A stretch of 63,870 nucleotides of DNA, the filler included, from Octopus bimaculoides (lineage: Eukaryota), in the NCBI RefSeq assembly GCF_001194135.2. It is 5 parts of 3 records of this genome, joined end to end, with 100 filler letters (N's around TTAATTAATTAA, not from the genome) between each part and the next. Parts side by side here need not be neighbours in the genome. Positions count along the whole stretch, not along the records: positions 1 to 20,755 come from NC_068981.1; 4 more parts are not named here. One strand, given 5' to 3'. The notes below the pieces were generated by a model. It saw only the letters and a program-made list of their open reading frames with translations, was not told the origin of the DNA and ran no database searches. Position 1 is the stretch's first letter. Each line of letters begins with the position of its first letter. The position numbers were made by a program, and so were the translations under genes. This document shows positions 1-12,130 of the stretch, piece by piece.

Positions 1-26
1 ATATATATATATATATATATATATAA

Positions 27-325
27 GCATGTGGCATAGTGGTTAGATTATTCAACTCATGATTGTAAGGTTATGATTTCAATACTTGGTGGTGCATTGT
101 ATCCCTGAGCAAGACACTTTATCTTGCCTTGCTCCAATCCACTCAGGTAGAAAAAGGAAGTAGTACTTGTATTTCAAAGGGACATCCTTGTCACATTCTG
201 TGTCACACTGAGTAGCCCTGAGAACTACATCAATGGTACGCATGTCTGTGGAATGCTCAACCACTTGCATGTTAATTTCATGAGCAGGCTGTTCCATTGT
301 TGTCATAACCAATGGAGTGCCAGTA
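27..325 (+). mobile_element. tRNA-derived SINE, working family C (tRNA-like head, CORE-like block, conserved 3' module)
   Basis: A-box-like TGGCATAGTGGTTAG, a degenerate B-box region, CORE-like CCCTGAGCAAGACACTTT, then a 3' module (TTTCAAAGGG..GTCACA..GAGAACTAC..GAGCAGGCTGTTCC..GGAGTGCCA) shared with copies at 20856, 30207 and 56015; followed by microsatellite. Confidence 0.85.
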
Positions 326-660
326 CATATATGAATATGTATGTATTCATGTATGCATGCATGTGTGTGTGTGTATGTGTGTGTGTGTGTGTGTGTGCAC
401 GCGCGTGCATGTGTATGTGTGTGTGTGCATGTGTTCGTGTGTATACATGCTTTGCCATGTACACAATATGAATAGGCTATGGTTTTACTATACCTTTAAA
501 TGCACATTTGAAGACATAATAAAAGAGGCTGTTTTCTCAGGGAACTGATTTCTTAACCCAATTTTGACACCTTGCAGAGAAATTCTTCCTTCAGGATACT
601 AAATGAGAGGAGTAATAGCACAATGCAACTTCAGCTCTTGTATATGCATGAATAATATAT

Positions 661-870
661 TCTTTTCTATTCTAGGCACAAGGTCCGAAATTTTGGGGGA
701 GGAGGCCAGTTGATTAGATGGACGCCAATACGCAACTGGTACTTAATTTATTGACACTGAAAGGATGAAAGGCAAAGTCGACCTCGGCAGAATTTGAACT
801 CAGAACGTAGCGGCAGACAAAATACCGCTAAGCATTTCGCCCAGCATGCTAACATTTCTGCCAGCTCACG
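661..870 (-). mobile_element. SINE, working family A
   Basis: Reverse complement reads GAGCTGGCAGAAATGTTAGCATGCTGGGCGAAATGCTTAGCGGTATTT..GTTCTGAGTTCAAATTCTGCCGAGGTCGACTTTGCCTTTCATCC; homologous to 3101-3310 and about 9 other copies in the window. Confidence 0.9.
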
Positions 871-887
871 GCTTTATGCATGCATAA

Positions 888-1093
888 TATTAGTTACAAA
901 TTTTGACACACGGTCAGCAATTTATGGAGAGGGGTAAGTTGATTTCATTGACCCCAGTGCTCAACCAGTACATATTGTATCAACCCCAAAAGGATGAAAG
1001 GCAAAGTCAACTTCAGTAGCATTTGAACTTGAAACATAAAGATGGTTGAAATGCTGCTATGCATTTTGTCTGGTGTTCATGCCAGCTCACCTC
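888..1093 (-). mobile_element. SINE family A, older copy adjacent to the previous one
   Basis: AAAGGATGAAAGGCAAAGTCAAC..ATTTGAAC..GCCAGCTCACC, same order as 661-870. Confidence 0.8.
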
Positions 1094-1152
1094 CTTAGAG
1101 ATGCTTATTGAATACATATTTGTGTATTGATCTATCCATATGTTTAAGCATG

Positions 1153-1186
<34 letters not shown>

Positions 1187-1233
1187 TGTATGTACGTATG
1201 TATGTATACGTGCATGTGTGCATTTGCCTCTAA

Positions 1234-1301
1234 ATATATGTGTGGCATAAATATATGTGTAGCATAAATATATGTACGGCATAAATATATGTCTGATATA
1301 A
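1234..1301. repeat. 17-bp minisatellite, 4 units (ATATATGTGTGGCATAA-like)
   Basis: Units at 1234, 1251, 1268 and 1285 read directly. Confidence 0.85.
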
Positions 1302-2008
1302 ATGTGTGTGCATGGCATGCATAAATTTTATCACATAACCAGCTAGTTTCTAGCATTTGGTTGATAATTTTCATGCTATATGATCTGCCCACTTCGTAGC
1401 TAACTTTGTACAGCAAAGATAACAACAAAAGCATAAATTGAAGACAGAAAGAAACTTCTCAATGAATGACAGCTAAATTATTGAGCAAGTATCTATCAGT
1501 TGAAGGAAGAATATATCATGATGATNNNNNNNNNNNNNNNNNNNNNNNNNNNNNNNNNNNNNNNNNNNNNNNNNNNNNNNNNNNNNNNNNNNNNNNNNNN
1601 NNNNNNNNNNNNNNNNNNNNNNNNNNNNNNNNNNNNNNNNNNNNNNNNNNNNNNNNNNNNNNNNNNNNNNNNNNNNNNNNNNNNNNNNNNNNNNNNNNNN
1701 NNNNNNNNNNNNNNNNNNNNNNNNNNNNNNNNNNNNNNNNNNNNNNNNNNNNNNNNNNNNNNNNNNNNNNNNNNNNNNNNNNNNNNNNNNNNNNNNNNNN
1801 NNNNNNNNNNNNNNNNNNNNNNNNNNNNNNNNNNNNNNNNNNNNNNNNNNNNNNNNNNNNNNNNNNNNNNAGTAGCATTTGAACTTGAAACATAAAGATG
1901 GTTGAAATGCTGCTATGCATTTTGTCTGGTGTTCATGCCAGCTCACCTCCTTAGAGATGCTTATTGAATACATATTTGTGTATTGATCTATCCATATGTT
2001 TAAGCATG

Positions 2009-2039
<31 letters not shown>

Positions 2040-2999
2040 ATATATATATATATACTCATTTTTCCATCCCACACATTAATGTCTACTACAAGAGCCTGTG
2101 CTTAGTGACATCAGCACAATATGCTTAAAAACATTTGTTTCCATCAAAGAATTAGTTTTCATGTACTGACATTTGATTTTTTTTTTTTAATATAGTTAAT
2201 ATTTTGTCATTTTAATGTACTTAGTAAAACTGTCATTTGTATCAATAGAAATTTCAAAAATAAAATTACTTTGACGTTGTAGCCATCTTTTCTGATTATC
2301 ATTTAGCAATTTGGATACACTTTATTCTAAGATAAAAAAATTTTAATTCTGCTTAGTATGCAGCTGTGTTTTAATTATGCTGAAACTATCAATTATGCAC
2401 TTTTTCACTCAGACTAATACATGTTTTTTTAAGGATTACTAACCATTTTATCATTTGTTAAAATCTTATTCCAGTCACTATATTGTACCCAAGGACAGGA
2501 ATTGCAATTCCAAGTCTTTGTTTTAGAATTTTATCAAGTCTTTTTAAATTTTGTTTGCTTGTTGTTGACTTTTTTTTAAATTTGAAAATTCAAATTTATA
2601 TTACTGAAAGGTTTTCATGAAGTAAAATCAAGTAGTGAAAATAAAATCAGAAATTTTTTCGAACTGATTTTGAAATTTAAATTCAAATCAGGTTTCAATA
2701 AAATGTAAAATTCAAATTTTAATCAATAAAAAGATTATCAATTTTATACTGAATTTTGATTTGTCTCATATTTCATCTTTGGATACTTGCTTTTCAAATT
2801 TTATTTGAAATACATCTCACTTTTATCAATTAGTAATTTTAAACTGTAAAATAAGTAAAAAAAAAAAGAAGAGCAAATTGCAAGTAAAATTATCTCCATT
2901 CAAAATTCTAATTGTTTGTTCAACTAGAGAAGGCCCATAACTCTACTTACTCATATTTATGAAGTTTCTTTCCGAATTCACATAAATTTTATCATATAA

Positions 3000-3095
3000 C
3001 CATAGAAACCAAGCCAGAGCAGACACAGGCATAATGCACTCCTCCAACCCGTTAGATACTGTCAAACCGTTCATCCCATGCCAGTATAGAAGATA
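3000..3095 (+). mobile_element. RTE-type LINE 3' tail fragment
   Basis: GTCAAACCGTTCATCCCATGCCAGTATAGAA matches the 3' tail seen at 8680-8750 and (reversed) at 11390, 14365 and 16920. Confidence 0.6.
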
Positions 3096-3100
3096 AACAA

Positions 3101-3310
3101 GGTGGCGAGCTGGCAGAAACGTCAGCATGCCAAGCGAAATGCTTAGTGGTATTTCGTCTGTCTTTACATTCTGAGTTCAAATTCCGCTGAGGTCGACTTT
3201 GCCTTTCATCCTTTTGGAGTTGATAAGTTAAGTACCAGTTGTGTACTGGGTCGATCTAATTGACTGGCCCCACTCCCCAAAAATTTTGGGCTTTGTGCCT
3301 GGAGTAGAAA
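3101..3310 (+). mobile_element. SINE family A, near full length
   Basis: GGTGGCGAGCTGGCAGAAACG head, B-box-like GAGTTCAAATTCC, body and tail to GTGCCTGGAGTAGAAAAG. Confidence 0.9.
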
Positions 3311-3439
3311 AGTATGGAAGATAAACATTAAAAGCTGCTGCTGCTACTGCTTGCACCTCTGCTACTGCTGCTACTGCTGAGTTATTGCCCACTTGAAGGA
3401 GATTTTGCAGATATTTCAAGTAGATTGTGCATTCACATA

Positions 3440-4236
3440 CAGACATCCATCATTAGCTCATTAGCTCAGACAATCACCTTTGCAGATGAAATGACCTTGG
3501 CCTTCTTTGGAGCTGATGAGGAGGGGGTGTTTCCACTACATGGATTTTTCTTTGTCTCTGGCTTAAAGTGATGAACCCAATAATCATCCTGCTTAGGAAA
3601 CATTCAAGGAAATCAGCTGGATCTGCCTCAAACAATCTCAGATTTTCCCATGATCAGCCTGGTGTGCTTTTGATCAGGTGTCAGAAGACATGGCAGCTAC
3701 AGAACAAAAACTGTCATCATGCCAAGTTCATTGTGTAGACTTTTCTCAACTCTTTCACAGGATACATTAATAGCATTGGCTATTTGATTTATAGTCAATC
3801 ACCTGTCATCCATCACCTTGTGGTGAACATGATTAATGTTTTCCTCAGTGGTGGAAGCTGCAGGACGTCCAGACCTTGAATCTCTTCAACACTCTCCCTT
3901 CCCTTCCCCTACTAAGCTCAGCTACCCACTTTTGTACTGATGATAAAGCTGGAGTGTCATCCTCTAATGTAACAACCATTTCAGCATGAATGTTGTTGGA
4001 GGCATAACCCTTTTTCTGCAGGTACTCTACACCACAATGCCAAATTTTCTCCATTTTCAAGAGAAGTCACTACTAGTTACTTTTGAAGTGTTCTCTGAAC
4101 AGTCAGATATCAGTTTACCTAAAAAGAAGCCTTGCAGTTATTAATAAGTAGAGTCAAAATTAATGCATGCAAGATTTCACGGCTGTAGCATGACTCTTTT
4201 ATAGTCAGCCTATGAATTTTTCAGCCCACCCTCATA
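3440..4236 (-). mobile_element. Mariner transposon, 5' half, decayed transposase
   Basis: Terminal repeat TA-TGAGGGTGGGCTGAAAAATTCATAGGCTGAC at 4236-4204; frameshifted translation MEKIWHCGVEYLQKKG..IHAEMVVTLEDDTPALSSVQKWVAELSRGRE (HTH region), TPDQKHTRL, QDDYWVHHFKPETK (first catalytic-Asp region) and SAPKKAKVISSA. Confidence 0.9.
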
Positions 4237-4399
4237 GTTAATGGAAGATGAACATGATTTTTACAGCATAGAAACTCTACTGGAACCAGATAAGCTAGGA
4301 TTTAATGCAAGGATTATAAATGATAGCAGGAGATCTTCAAAAATAAAATTAGAGTAGAATTAATTGGGTAGAGAAAAGACATAGCAATAGAAAGCATTA

Positions 4400-5690
4400 A
4401 CAAGGGAGTAGTTAATAACTAATTTAGAAGAGGCTGTTAGAATGGTCTTTACTATCAAAATGGTAGCAGCAACAATGACGTGATCATTTGTTTGAGATTG
4501 TTCTTTGCATTGTTCAAACTAATGTGCATTTCCTAAAGTACTGATTGATTCAGGTTGCAGAAGCACATTATAAAAACTGAAGTTTTGATAGGTCATATAG
4601 GGTGTATAATATCCAATTCAAAGTGGATGTAAGCTGCTTTTTAACAGCACTTTGTTGAACTGCCCTGGAGAAGAGGTGGGTAATAGATGGTGGACTTCTT
4701 CTATAGTCAGCTGCAAATCAACAAGGGAAGGAGTGGAGTGGTGTGCAAATCCAGTTTCAGTTTTTGAATTAACAAACATTTTATCCAGTTGTGCAAGAAG
4801 TAAGTTTCCAGAACTGAATAGTTTTCCTTACTTCACTGTAGCATGCTATACTTGTTCATTCTTCTCTTAGCAGAAGTGTTTTATAACTAGCATCAGTTCA
4901 GATAAATGGAATTCCAGCTGTATGAGCTGATGAGTTGTGGCATTAGAGGAAGGATGTAAACAAGAACTACATTACAGAAAATGTCAGGCCCATTACTCAA
5001 TTAAATAAAGAGTTGAAAGTTTTGGCCAAGGTTGGTACTTTTTATGAATAGTATTGTTGGGCCTGCACTAACCTGTGCAGTCAGGGATAGACTTGTCACG
5101 AACAACCTTCAGTATATGTAATACATTGTAGAGAGGTTTTGCTCTTGATCAGGCTTTAGGGGAGCACTGATCAACCTGGAATCATTTAAAACATTCACTA
5201 GAGTTTACAAGTGATACCTGTTGGCTGGATAATTTACAACCAGTTTCAGTTAGGTATTTAAGGACTGGACAGCTGCATTGTTCAGTGGCATTTTATTTGT
5301 GTTTGTAGTGGTAAATAGCCACCTATTAGAGCAGTTTGATATTGGGCACTCAATCTGTCTGATAATACATTATGGTGGTGATATTTATCACTTCTGCTTA
5401 TCTTTCAACGTTTGATTCCTCTCGGCCCATTTCTGGATCGGACTGGCATCCTAGATCCAATTCTCCTGGTGGTCGGGGCCAAACCAACCCCAAACACTTT
5501 AATCTGACTGTTGCTCCAGTGACTGTTATCACTGCACCAGGCAGATATGAACTTGCATCTCCAGGTGTCTAGTTGAGAGCTCACTAATTTGTTTTGATTA
5601 ATGAGTGTTCTTTTACCAACCTAATATTCATTCAGTATGGTGTCAACCACCTCAATTTCCATTCTGTCCTGCATCATAACATTAAATATG
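4400..5690 (-). pseudogene. Heavily decayed ORF, tentatively CR1/Jockey-group LINE ORF2 (APE and linker)
   Basis: Long frames broken mostly by stops explicable as C>T changes; loose motifs GVGLA, LIGGYLP, VVNYP, GNLLLAQLDKMF and LTIEEVHHLLPTSSPG recall the APE-to-RT linker; manual resemblance only. Confidence 0.35.
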
Positions 5691-6479
5691 TATATGACAG
5701 TGAATAAAATGTTATATTCAATTCATCATGTTCCCAACAATAATACATTAATTATGAAATAATTGAGTCTTTAAAGAATGGAAGACTGTTTACACTTAAA
5801 TATCGAAGTAAAATGAAGTATGGTTCCTTACCACAAAGTCATTGTGTTATCAAACTGCATGCCAGACACAACAAAGTCGTCATTTGACTGGTAGAATATT
5901 GTTTAGTTGAAAAAGGTAAATGCTGTACCAGTTAACAAAACACCATTGAAAGACAAAATTCATGATGTGCTAACTAAAATACTTGGTATTTCACAAAGAA
6001 ATAAAGTGAAACATTGATAATTGTTACAACAATGGCTTTATTTAATAAACAAAGTGTAAATTACAACCATATTTGTCTTTAGTTCATTTTATATCCAACA
6101 CCATTAACACATCCTCTGAATCTGCATATATAGTTTATCATTGTCTTCAATCTAAGCTCTTTATTAGTGTCAATGAACCTAACTTCATTTTAGGTGTCAA
6201 CGTAGAATAGTTGAGTCATTTATTCTAAAGTACATTCAGGCCAAGGACTATGAAACAACTTCAAGAAATCTCTGTAGGAGTCAAATGCAGGCTTTATTAA
6301 TTTGGGATAATCTTTACAAGCATGGAAGTACTACTAGTTTCCATGTTGGTCATCATGTTCAAGATTATTAGGATATACATTCTCTACTATTCTAAGGTAA
6401 TTTTGTAACCTGAAAATAGAATAGATTTAAAGTTATTTAGCCACATCAAAGGCATTCTAGTCATGCTGTACAATATTAT

Positions 6480-6825
6480 CCAAAGAAAAAGGGTAAAGAC
6501 TCCCTTCATTCATGAATAACCATGGGATTGTACCTAGAAAGTTCCCCTCTGAAGCACAATGTTATCCAAGGGAAAGGCAAAGACCAATACAGTTTGCTAC
6601 CAGTGATGTCACAACTCATATCTACACCCTTTTTCCCATGCCACCAATGTTAGCCAAGGGAAAGGCAAGGGCCAATACAGTTTGGTACCAGTGATGTCAC
6701 AACTCATTTCTACAGCTGAGTGAACTGGAGCAAAGTGAAATAAAGTGTCTTGCTCAAAATCACAATACAATTCAGTCCAGGAATTGAACTCTCTACCTCA
6801 TGATTGTTAGCCTAATGCTGTCTTC
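6480..6825 (-). mobile_element. CORE-like tRNA-derived SINE with an internal tandem duplication
   Basis: Reverse reads AATCATGAGGTAGAGAGTTCAATTCCTGGAC..TTGAGCAAGACACTTTATTTCACTTTGCTCCAGTTCACTCAGCTG; an approximately 65-bp block is repeated at about 6564 and 6649. Confidence 0.8.
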
Positions 6826-7039
6826 ACAAAACCAAAATATCCTTTTTTATAAGATTGTAGGATGTGAATTAAGGGAGCATTTGACTGTTATTTCTAGCAG
6901 AGTGAGCGACTATGAAGTGGCTTCTTCATTGAGTTGAGTATGTTTTGGATTGTAGTTACCTCTTTTGTTTGAGACTGTTTATAGATGTACATATACAAGA
7001 GGCACTATTGTACATACCACACCCCTGATTTATCAGTGA

Positions 7040-7240
7040 GGTGAACCATCAAGGGAACATCTGTATAGTTACTCAATCTGCTAGAAATAGCAACTAAATT
7101 CTTCTTAGTTCAACCTTTTTATCAACTTGATAAAGAATGAACACTGGGTGATGTAGTACTGAATACATTATCTAAAAATCAGATGGGACAGCCAATGCTG
7201 ATCATTAGTCTGCTTAATTAGAGATAACCTCAAGCTAACT
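7040..7240 (+). mobile_element. Dispersed short repeat, working family D (SINE-like body)
   Basis: CTGCTAGAAATAGCAAC..TAGTACTGAATACA..GATGGGACAGCC..TGATCATTAGTCTGC; homologous to 8185-8393, 9765-9965 and 15510-15735. Confidence 0.65.
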
Positions 7241-8184
7241 TTTATAAGCAGAGGGTCCTTCATATTTACTTTCAGTGTGTTTTCTTACTGATCTTCTGAC
7301 CCTGAGATCATAGGGACATTTCTTGTTATTATACCTCGAATTTTAATTATTTCCTCCTGGGAAATTTTTCAATCTCCTTCACAGAAATGTTTTTATTGAT
7401 TGAACAAACACATCAATCAATGTGAAAATACTGCCTTTTCTTTTGTGTTTGGAGAAATGTCAAAATGAATTTGCTCCCTTTTTTTCTGTTTGTGTGTATT
7501 TATACTTCTGAGATGGCAGTAATGTTCATATTTTTTACTATAACCTCTGATCAATTTTTATACCGATTTTCTTTCAAAGGAATTCTGTTTCTTTTTGGGT
7601 GGAGTGACATATTTTCAATGTTCATTGAAGCATTTTGCTGGCCTTGGGCAACTATTTAAGAGGTGGACTAAAAACTAGCTGAATATTGCATGCAGACTTG
7701 ATGTTTTGCTGTAACATGTAATCTTGTAATCGTTATAGCATAAAGGTTTTAACTTTTATAGAATTTTTTTATTGATTTCAAAGAAAGAAAGGGTTAGTAA
7801 CCACTGCATCTACAGTCCCTCCAGTTAATGTTTCTCATGAATAGTTACAAGTTGATATCTGCTGGAAAATTGGGCAGGGTCTGGAATTCTAGAAGGTTGA
7901 CTTTCTTAGGAGCAGGGACTGAGATTAGAGGTTAATGGTTTAACAAACCAGTAATTATTTAGATTTTTCTTGCCAATTTCAGATATACATTTTGGAGAAA
8001 CAGATAGTAGTTCCATTTATCACAGTCTGCTTTATTTATTTCATTTATTTGTGAGGAGGGGGTTGGATTTGTCTTCTAAAAGGTTTAAGTTTTCTCTTGT
8101 GAAGTTTCTTTTATAATCATTCTTATTTCTTTCACTTCCATTTTCACATTTTGCTACTCATTGCAAGTATTGTAGGAGTTGTTC

Positions 8185-8393
8185 AACCCCTTATCAGTTC
8201 TGAAATTGAACAGATTGATGATCAAAACCATTCCAACCATGACCATTCTACCATTTTTCTCACCTCGGTGCATGCTACATCACAGTATCTAACATGTTCT
8301 CCTTTTTGATAAGAACTAAGTGTAATTTGGGAAAGATCTGGCAGCTATTTCTAGCATATCTAGCAACCACTAGAAGGTTCCATCATTGGCTCA
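8185..8393 (-). mobile_element. Family D repeat
   Basis: TGATCAAAACCATTCCAACCATGACCAT..GCAGCTATTTCTAGCA..CATTGGCTC is the reverse of the other copies. Confidence 0.7.
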
Positions 8394-8504
8394 AAGTATA
8401 TTTTGTTATTATTCCTATTTATGCTATGTATTCTTGTGCTTTCTTTAGTCTCTATAGAGTTTCATTTCTTGATGTTGTCATTGTTGTGAGCTATGATGCA
8501 ATGG

Positions 8505-8750
8505 CTGGTAGGTGGAAGAGGGAGACCTAGGAAGACAGGGGACAAAGTACTGAGGGGCAACCTCAGGATGTTGCACCTTTCAGACGAGATGACAAAGGAC
8601 CAAGATATGTGACCCCTGGCTGTACTCAAGAAGACTTGCACTCCACAGTAGAAGTATTAAAGCCGCTCCCCCTGCCAGCTCCAGTCAAACCATCCAACCT
8701 ATGCTAGCATAGAAAATAGATATTAAATTATGATGATGATGATGATGATG
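8505..8750 (+). mobile_element. RTE-clade LINE 3' end with (GAT)n tail
   Basis: GAGGGAGACCTAGGAAGACA (RGRPRKT), DEMTKDQDM..AVLKKT, then 3' UTR CCAACCTATGCTAGCATAGAAAA and (ATG)n. Confidence 0.85.
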
Positions 8751-8814
8751 TAGCTGGAAAATATGTAGGTGCAACCCAGAGGCCCAGTGCTTTTGCTATA
8801 CTATATCCTCTTTC

Positions 8815-8910
8815 ACTCACTCACTCTCTCTCTCCCTCTCTCTCTTTCTCCTCGCTCTCTCTTCTCTCTCTCTCTCCTCTCTCTCTCCCTCTCCCCTCTC
8901 TCCTCTCTCT
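8815..8910. repeat. (CT)n / pyrimidine-rich microsatellite
   Basis: Read directly. Confidence 0.95.
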
Positions 8911-9764
8911 CATCAAGGCTTATTCTGTGTATCCCAAGATATTGTGGTTTATCACATGGAGAGCAATGTAATATAGTCTGTATTAGCCTTCATATATATA
9001 ATTGTTCTGACAAGACCAGATATTTGGAGGAAAGAGTGATTTTATCGACTCCAGTATTTTGATCGGTAATTTATTTTATCAACCCTTGGAAGGAAAAAAG
9101 TTAATCACAATATGATTTGAACTTAGAATTTTCATAGCTTATTAGTTATGTTGCTTATTTTTGAAGGAAAGTATTCAACCAATTAAAGAGGTTTTAAAAA
9201 CAACTTCTTTCTCTAGTTTGCCTTGGTGTATAAAACAGGTCATGTACATTAAGCTTTGTGAGATATAATTCATAGTTTATTAAGCAATGAGTAGAGTCCA
9301 GGGCAAACTAGTGTAGGTTAGAATCAGCAAATAATGAGTACAAACAGTTCAAAATGGATTAAATCAATTTGTTAGGAGGGAACAGATAAGTTTGATGTTT
9401 CATTTCTGCCCCCTCTGGAAATCTTTTATATTTGTTCCAGCAAAAGGTCTGTCCAAAATGTTAGACCTTTTTTTTCCTTTTCCTCACAGTAAATCAATTT
9501 ATTCCCCCCTTTGAACTGTTTATACATTTTGTTATTGAGAAGCTGTTCACATTCAAATTTATAACATTAAAACTGTAGGTTACTACTGGATGAAGGGTGA
9601 GAGAAATGATGTTGTAGAGTGTATGCTTCAATGTCTTTTATATGTTTTTATTCCGTTTAATTTACTCTCTAATATTCTAAGCAGATCAGCTCCTCTATTA
9701 TGGGATATTTCTTTGGATCTTTGTTGATACTATGTACTTGTACATCTCAACTGTTATTATCCAA

Positions 9765-9965
9765 GCCAACGAGGAGGCCTCTACATGATCATTCAGCTTG
9801 CAAGAAGCTACAACCAAATCATCCTCAAATCTCACCTCATCATCTTAGAAAAAACACATTGTATAATCTTGCACATGGAAAAAAGGTGGGATGGTCACTG
9901 TTGGAATGCTTTTGATCACAGGTCTACATGAATTAGAACTGACCTGGTGCTAAACAAAAACAAAT
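9765..9965 (+). mobile_element. Family D repeat
   Basis: GCCTCTACATGATC..CAAATCATCCTCAAATC..GGATGGTCACTGTTGGAATGCTTTTGATCACAGGTC..GCTAAACAAAAAC. Confidence 0.75.
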
Positions 9966-10836
9966 ATTATTTAATGTCGTGTCATAATTCCAGCTTCAGT
10001 GTTTACTAATTTGATTAGGTTGCCTTGTCAAAGAGTGGTTCAGGCACATTTGTCAAAACTAACTTTCAATAGCAATATCAAAGCTAAAATGCTCAACTCT
10101 GTTTCAAAAAAGCTATTCCAAGCGTGTCTCTCAATTACCATTCAACTTTATATCTTCTATTTAAAGCAGATGATTTATCTTGATTCTGTTGACTTTCTAG
10201 CTATATCTGGTAGAATTTAGAGCTGTGGTTAATGGAGCAAGAACTAGGCAGAATAATAGTAGGTATAAAGTCTCCATGGAATATTCTGTTCATCTAATTT
10301 GTTTGAGTGACCTCACTGTTATTTTGTGTTACATTTGTCCTCCATTTACGCATGCTGGTTTTCAAGAAACCAACAACTAACAATAATAATATGAACATTT
10401 TCATAGATTCTTCAATGAGGGTATTTCCATAAATAATCAAGGCAGTATTTGGTTTTGTTTTTTGTTTTGTTTTTTTGTCTAAAGTTTTCAAACATTATTT
10501 TGTTCATTAAGAACTTGTCAATGTGATTGTACATTCATTCTTAGTTGTTAATAATTTTGTATATTAGCTGAACAGGTTTCACATCATCTCTGGTACGTGT
10601 TTTTATGACTGAATACCCTTCCCATCACCAACCTCTTTGTTATATTATAATTATGTTTAGAAATTCAAACAAGAAAAAAAGAGTATTCAAAGCATATAGT
10701 AGAATTTCAAGATATATATTTCAAGACATTGATAAATCTTACTTTTTTTTTTAGTCTTAAAGATAATTGGATGGATAATTGGTTTATAAGTTCTGGTATC
10801 ATTTGTGTTTTTGCTTTAATACCTATTTCTCTGTAC

Positions 10837-10911
10837 CTATATGAAGAAGATTTGTTGAAGCAAAATTCTTTACATTCAGATGTTCTTCCTGGTGCCACCA
10901 TTCACTTGTTT
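10837..10911 (-). CDS. Candidate 75-nt internal exon (phase 1-1), product unknown
   Basis: Acceptor ATTACATTTCTTAG, donor ATAG|GTACAG, single open frame xTSEWWHQEEHLNVKNFASTNLLHI; no homology recognised. Confidence 0.25.
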
Positions 10912-11036
10912 CTAAGAAATGTAATAATGTTTGTATGATTGTGAAATTTGTTTACAATTAATGCACTATGTCAAGACAGAGAGACACATATACAAACCAT
11001 AAATAATACATATATTTGTGTGTGCATGCATACGTG

Positions 11037-11087
<51 letters not shown>

Positions 11088-11164
11088 ATATCCATGTGTA
11101 CATACTTGTATATGCAACAGACTTCTTTCCAGTTTACACTTACTTGATTTATTCATAAAGCTTT

Positions 11165-11272
11165 GCTTAACCCAGGGCTTTAGTAGAAGACACTTGTACA
11201 AGATTTTACACAGTGGGACTGAACTTGAAACCACATATTTGCAAAGTGAACTTCTCAATCATGTAGCCATAA
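11165..11272 (-). mobile_element. SINE family B 5' fragment
   Basis: TAGTAGAAGACACTTG..CAGTGGGACTGAAC..GTAGCC, reverse of the head at 25797. Confidence 0.7.
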
Positions 11273-11326
11273 GAAATAAATATAACTGTAAGTCATTTAG
11301 AATAGATAAATTTCTGATAATCTAGA

Positions 11327-12130
11327 TCATCATCATCAGCGTCATCATCATCATCATCATCATCATCGTCATCATCATCATCATCATTTAATGTCCATTG
11401 TTCATGCTGGCATGGGTTGGACAGTTTGACCAGTGTTGGTAAGCTGAGGGGCTGCATCAAACTCTAGTCTGATTTGGCATGGTTTCTATGCCAACCACTC
11501 TGTGAGCGTAATGGGTGCCTTTTATGTGCCAGTGGCACAGGTACCAGTTACGTGACACTGGCATCAGCTACATTGCCTCTGTGAGGCCCAACACTTGAAT
11601 GGTGCTTTTTATGTGCCACTGGCGTGGGTGCCAGTTATGTGATGCCAGCATTGGCTATGACTACGATTTTACTTGGCTTGATGGGTCTTCTCCAGCACAG
11701 CATATTGCCAAAGGTCTCGGTCACTAGTCATTGCCTCCATGAGGTCCAGTGTTCAAAGATCATGGTTCTTCACCTTGTCCCATGTCTTCCATAGGTCCCT
11801 CCACAGATAGAGATTAGCACTTCTTTCCACAGTTGTCCTTATCCATATGCATTACATTATCATACAGCACAGTTGTCTCTCTTGCACACCACACCTGATG
11901 CCTCTTATGCCCAACTTTTCTCTCAAGATGCTTACACTCTGTTGTACAGGCACACTGACATTGCACATCTAGTGAAGCATACTAGCTTCATGCTGTTATG
12001 TTGTAGACCCAGATCAGTGCTGATCAAGCAACTCCATGGAATAACTAGGTGCAATCGAAATATCTAGTGTTTCTTGACAGTCCACACCTTTGGTTACAAA
12101 GAATCATGCTATGTGCTCCAACATGCAATG
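11327..12130 (-). mobile_element. RTE-clade LINE 3' part (RT C-terminus, 3' UTR and (CAT)n tail)
   Basis: Reverse translation HEASMLH*MCNVSV..QSVSILREKLGIRGIRCGVQERQL..KTWDKV..DL*TLDLMEAMTSDRDLWQYAVLEKT; tail CCAACCCATGCCAGCATGAAC..TTAAATGATGATG. Confidence 0.9.

Noticed and set aside
27-110. tRNA-like heads of the SINEs (also 3101, 12940, 25797)
   Set aside because: They continue into SINE bodies and do not fold into a full cloverleaf; not counted as tRNA genes.
7400-8150. Possible Penelope RT relic on the minus strand
   Set aside because: Only vague compositional resemblance; no diagnostic motif could be read with confidence.
10320-10360. Minus-strand CVNGG (EGF-like) after an AG
   Set aside because: A stop follows within three codons and no Cys spacing continues.
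10729-10938. Plus-strand ORF ending GATIHLFLR, reminiscent of ubiquitin TLHLVLR
   Set aside because: Resemblance is limited to a few residues, with no diglycine, no N-terminal fold residues and no convincing donor; it conflicts with the minus-strand exon candidate.
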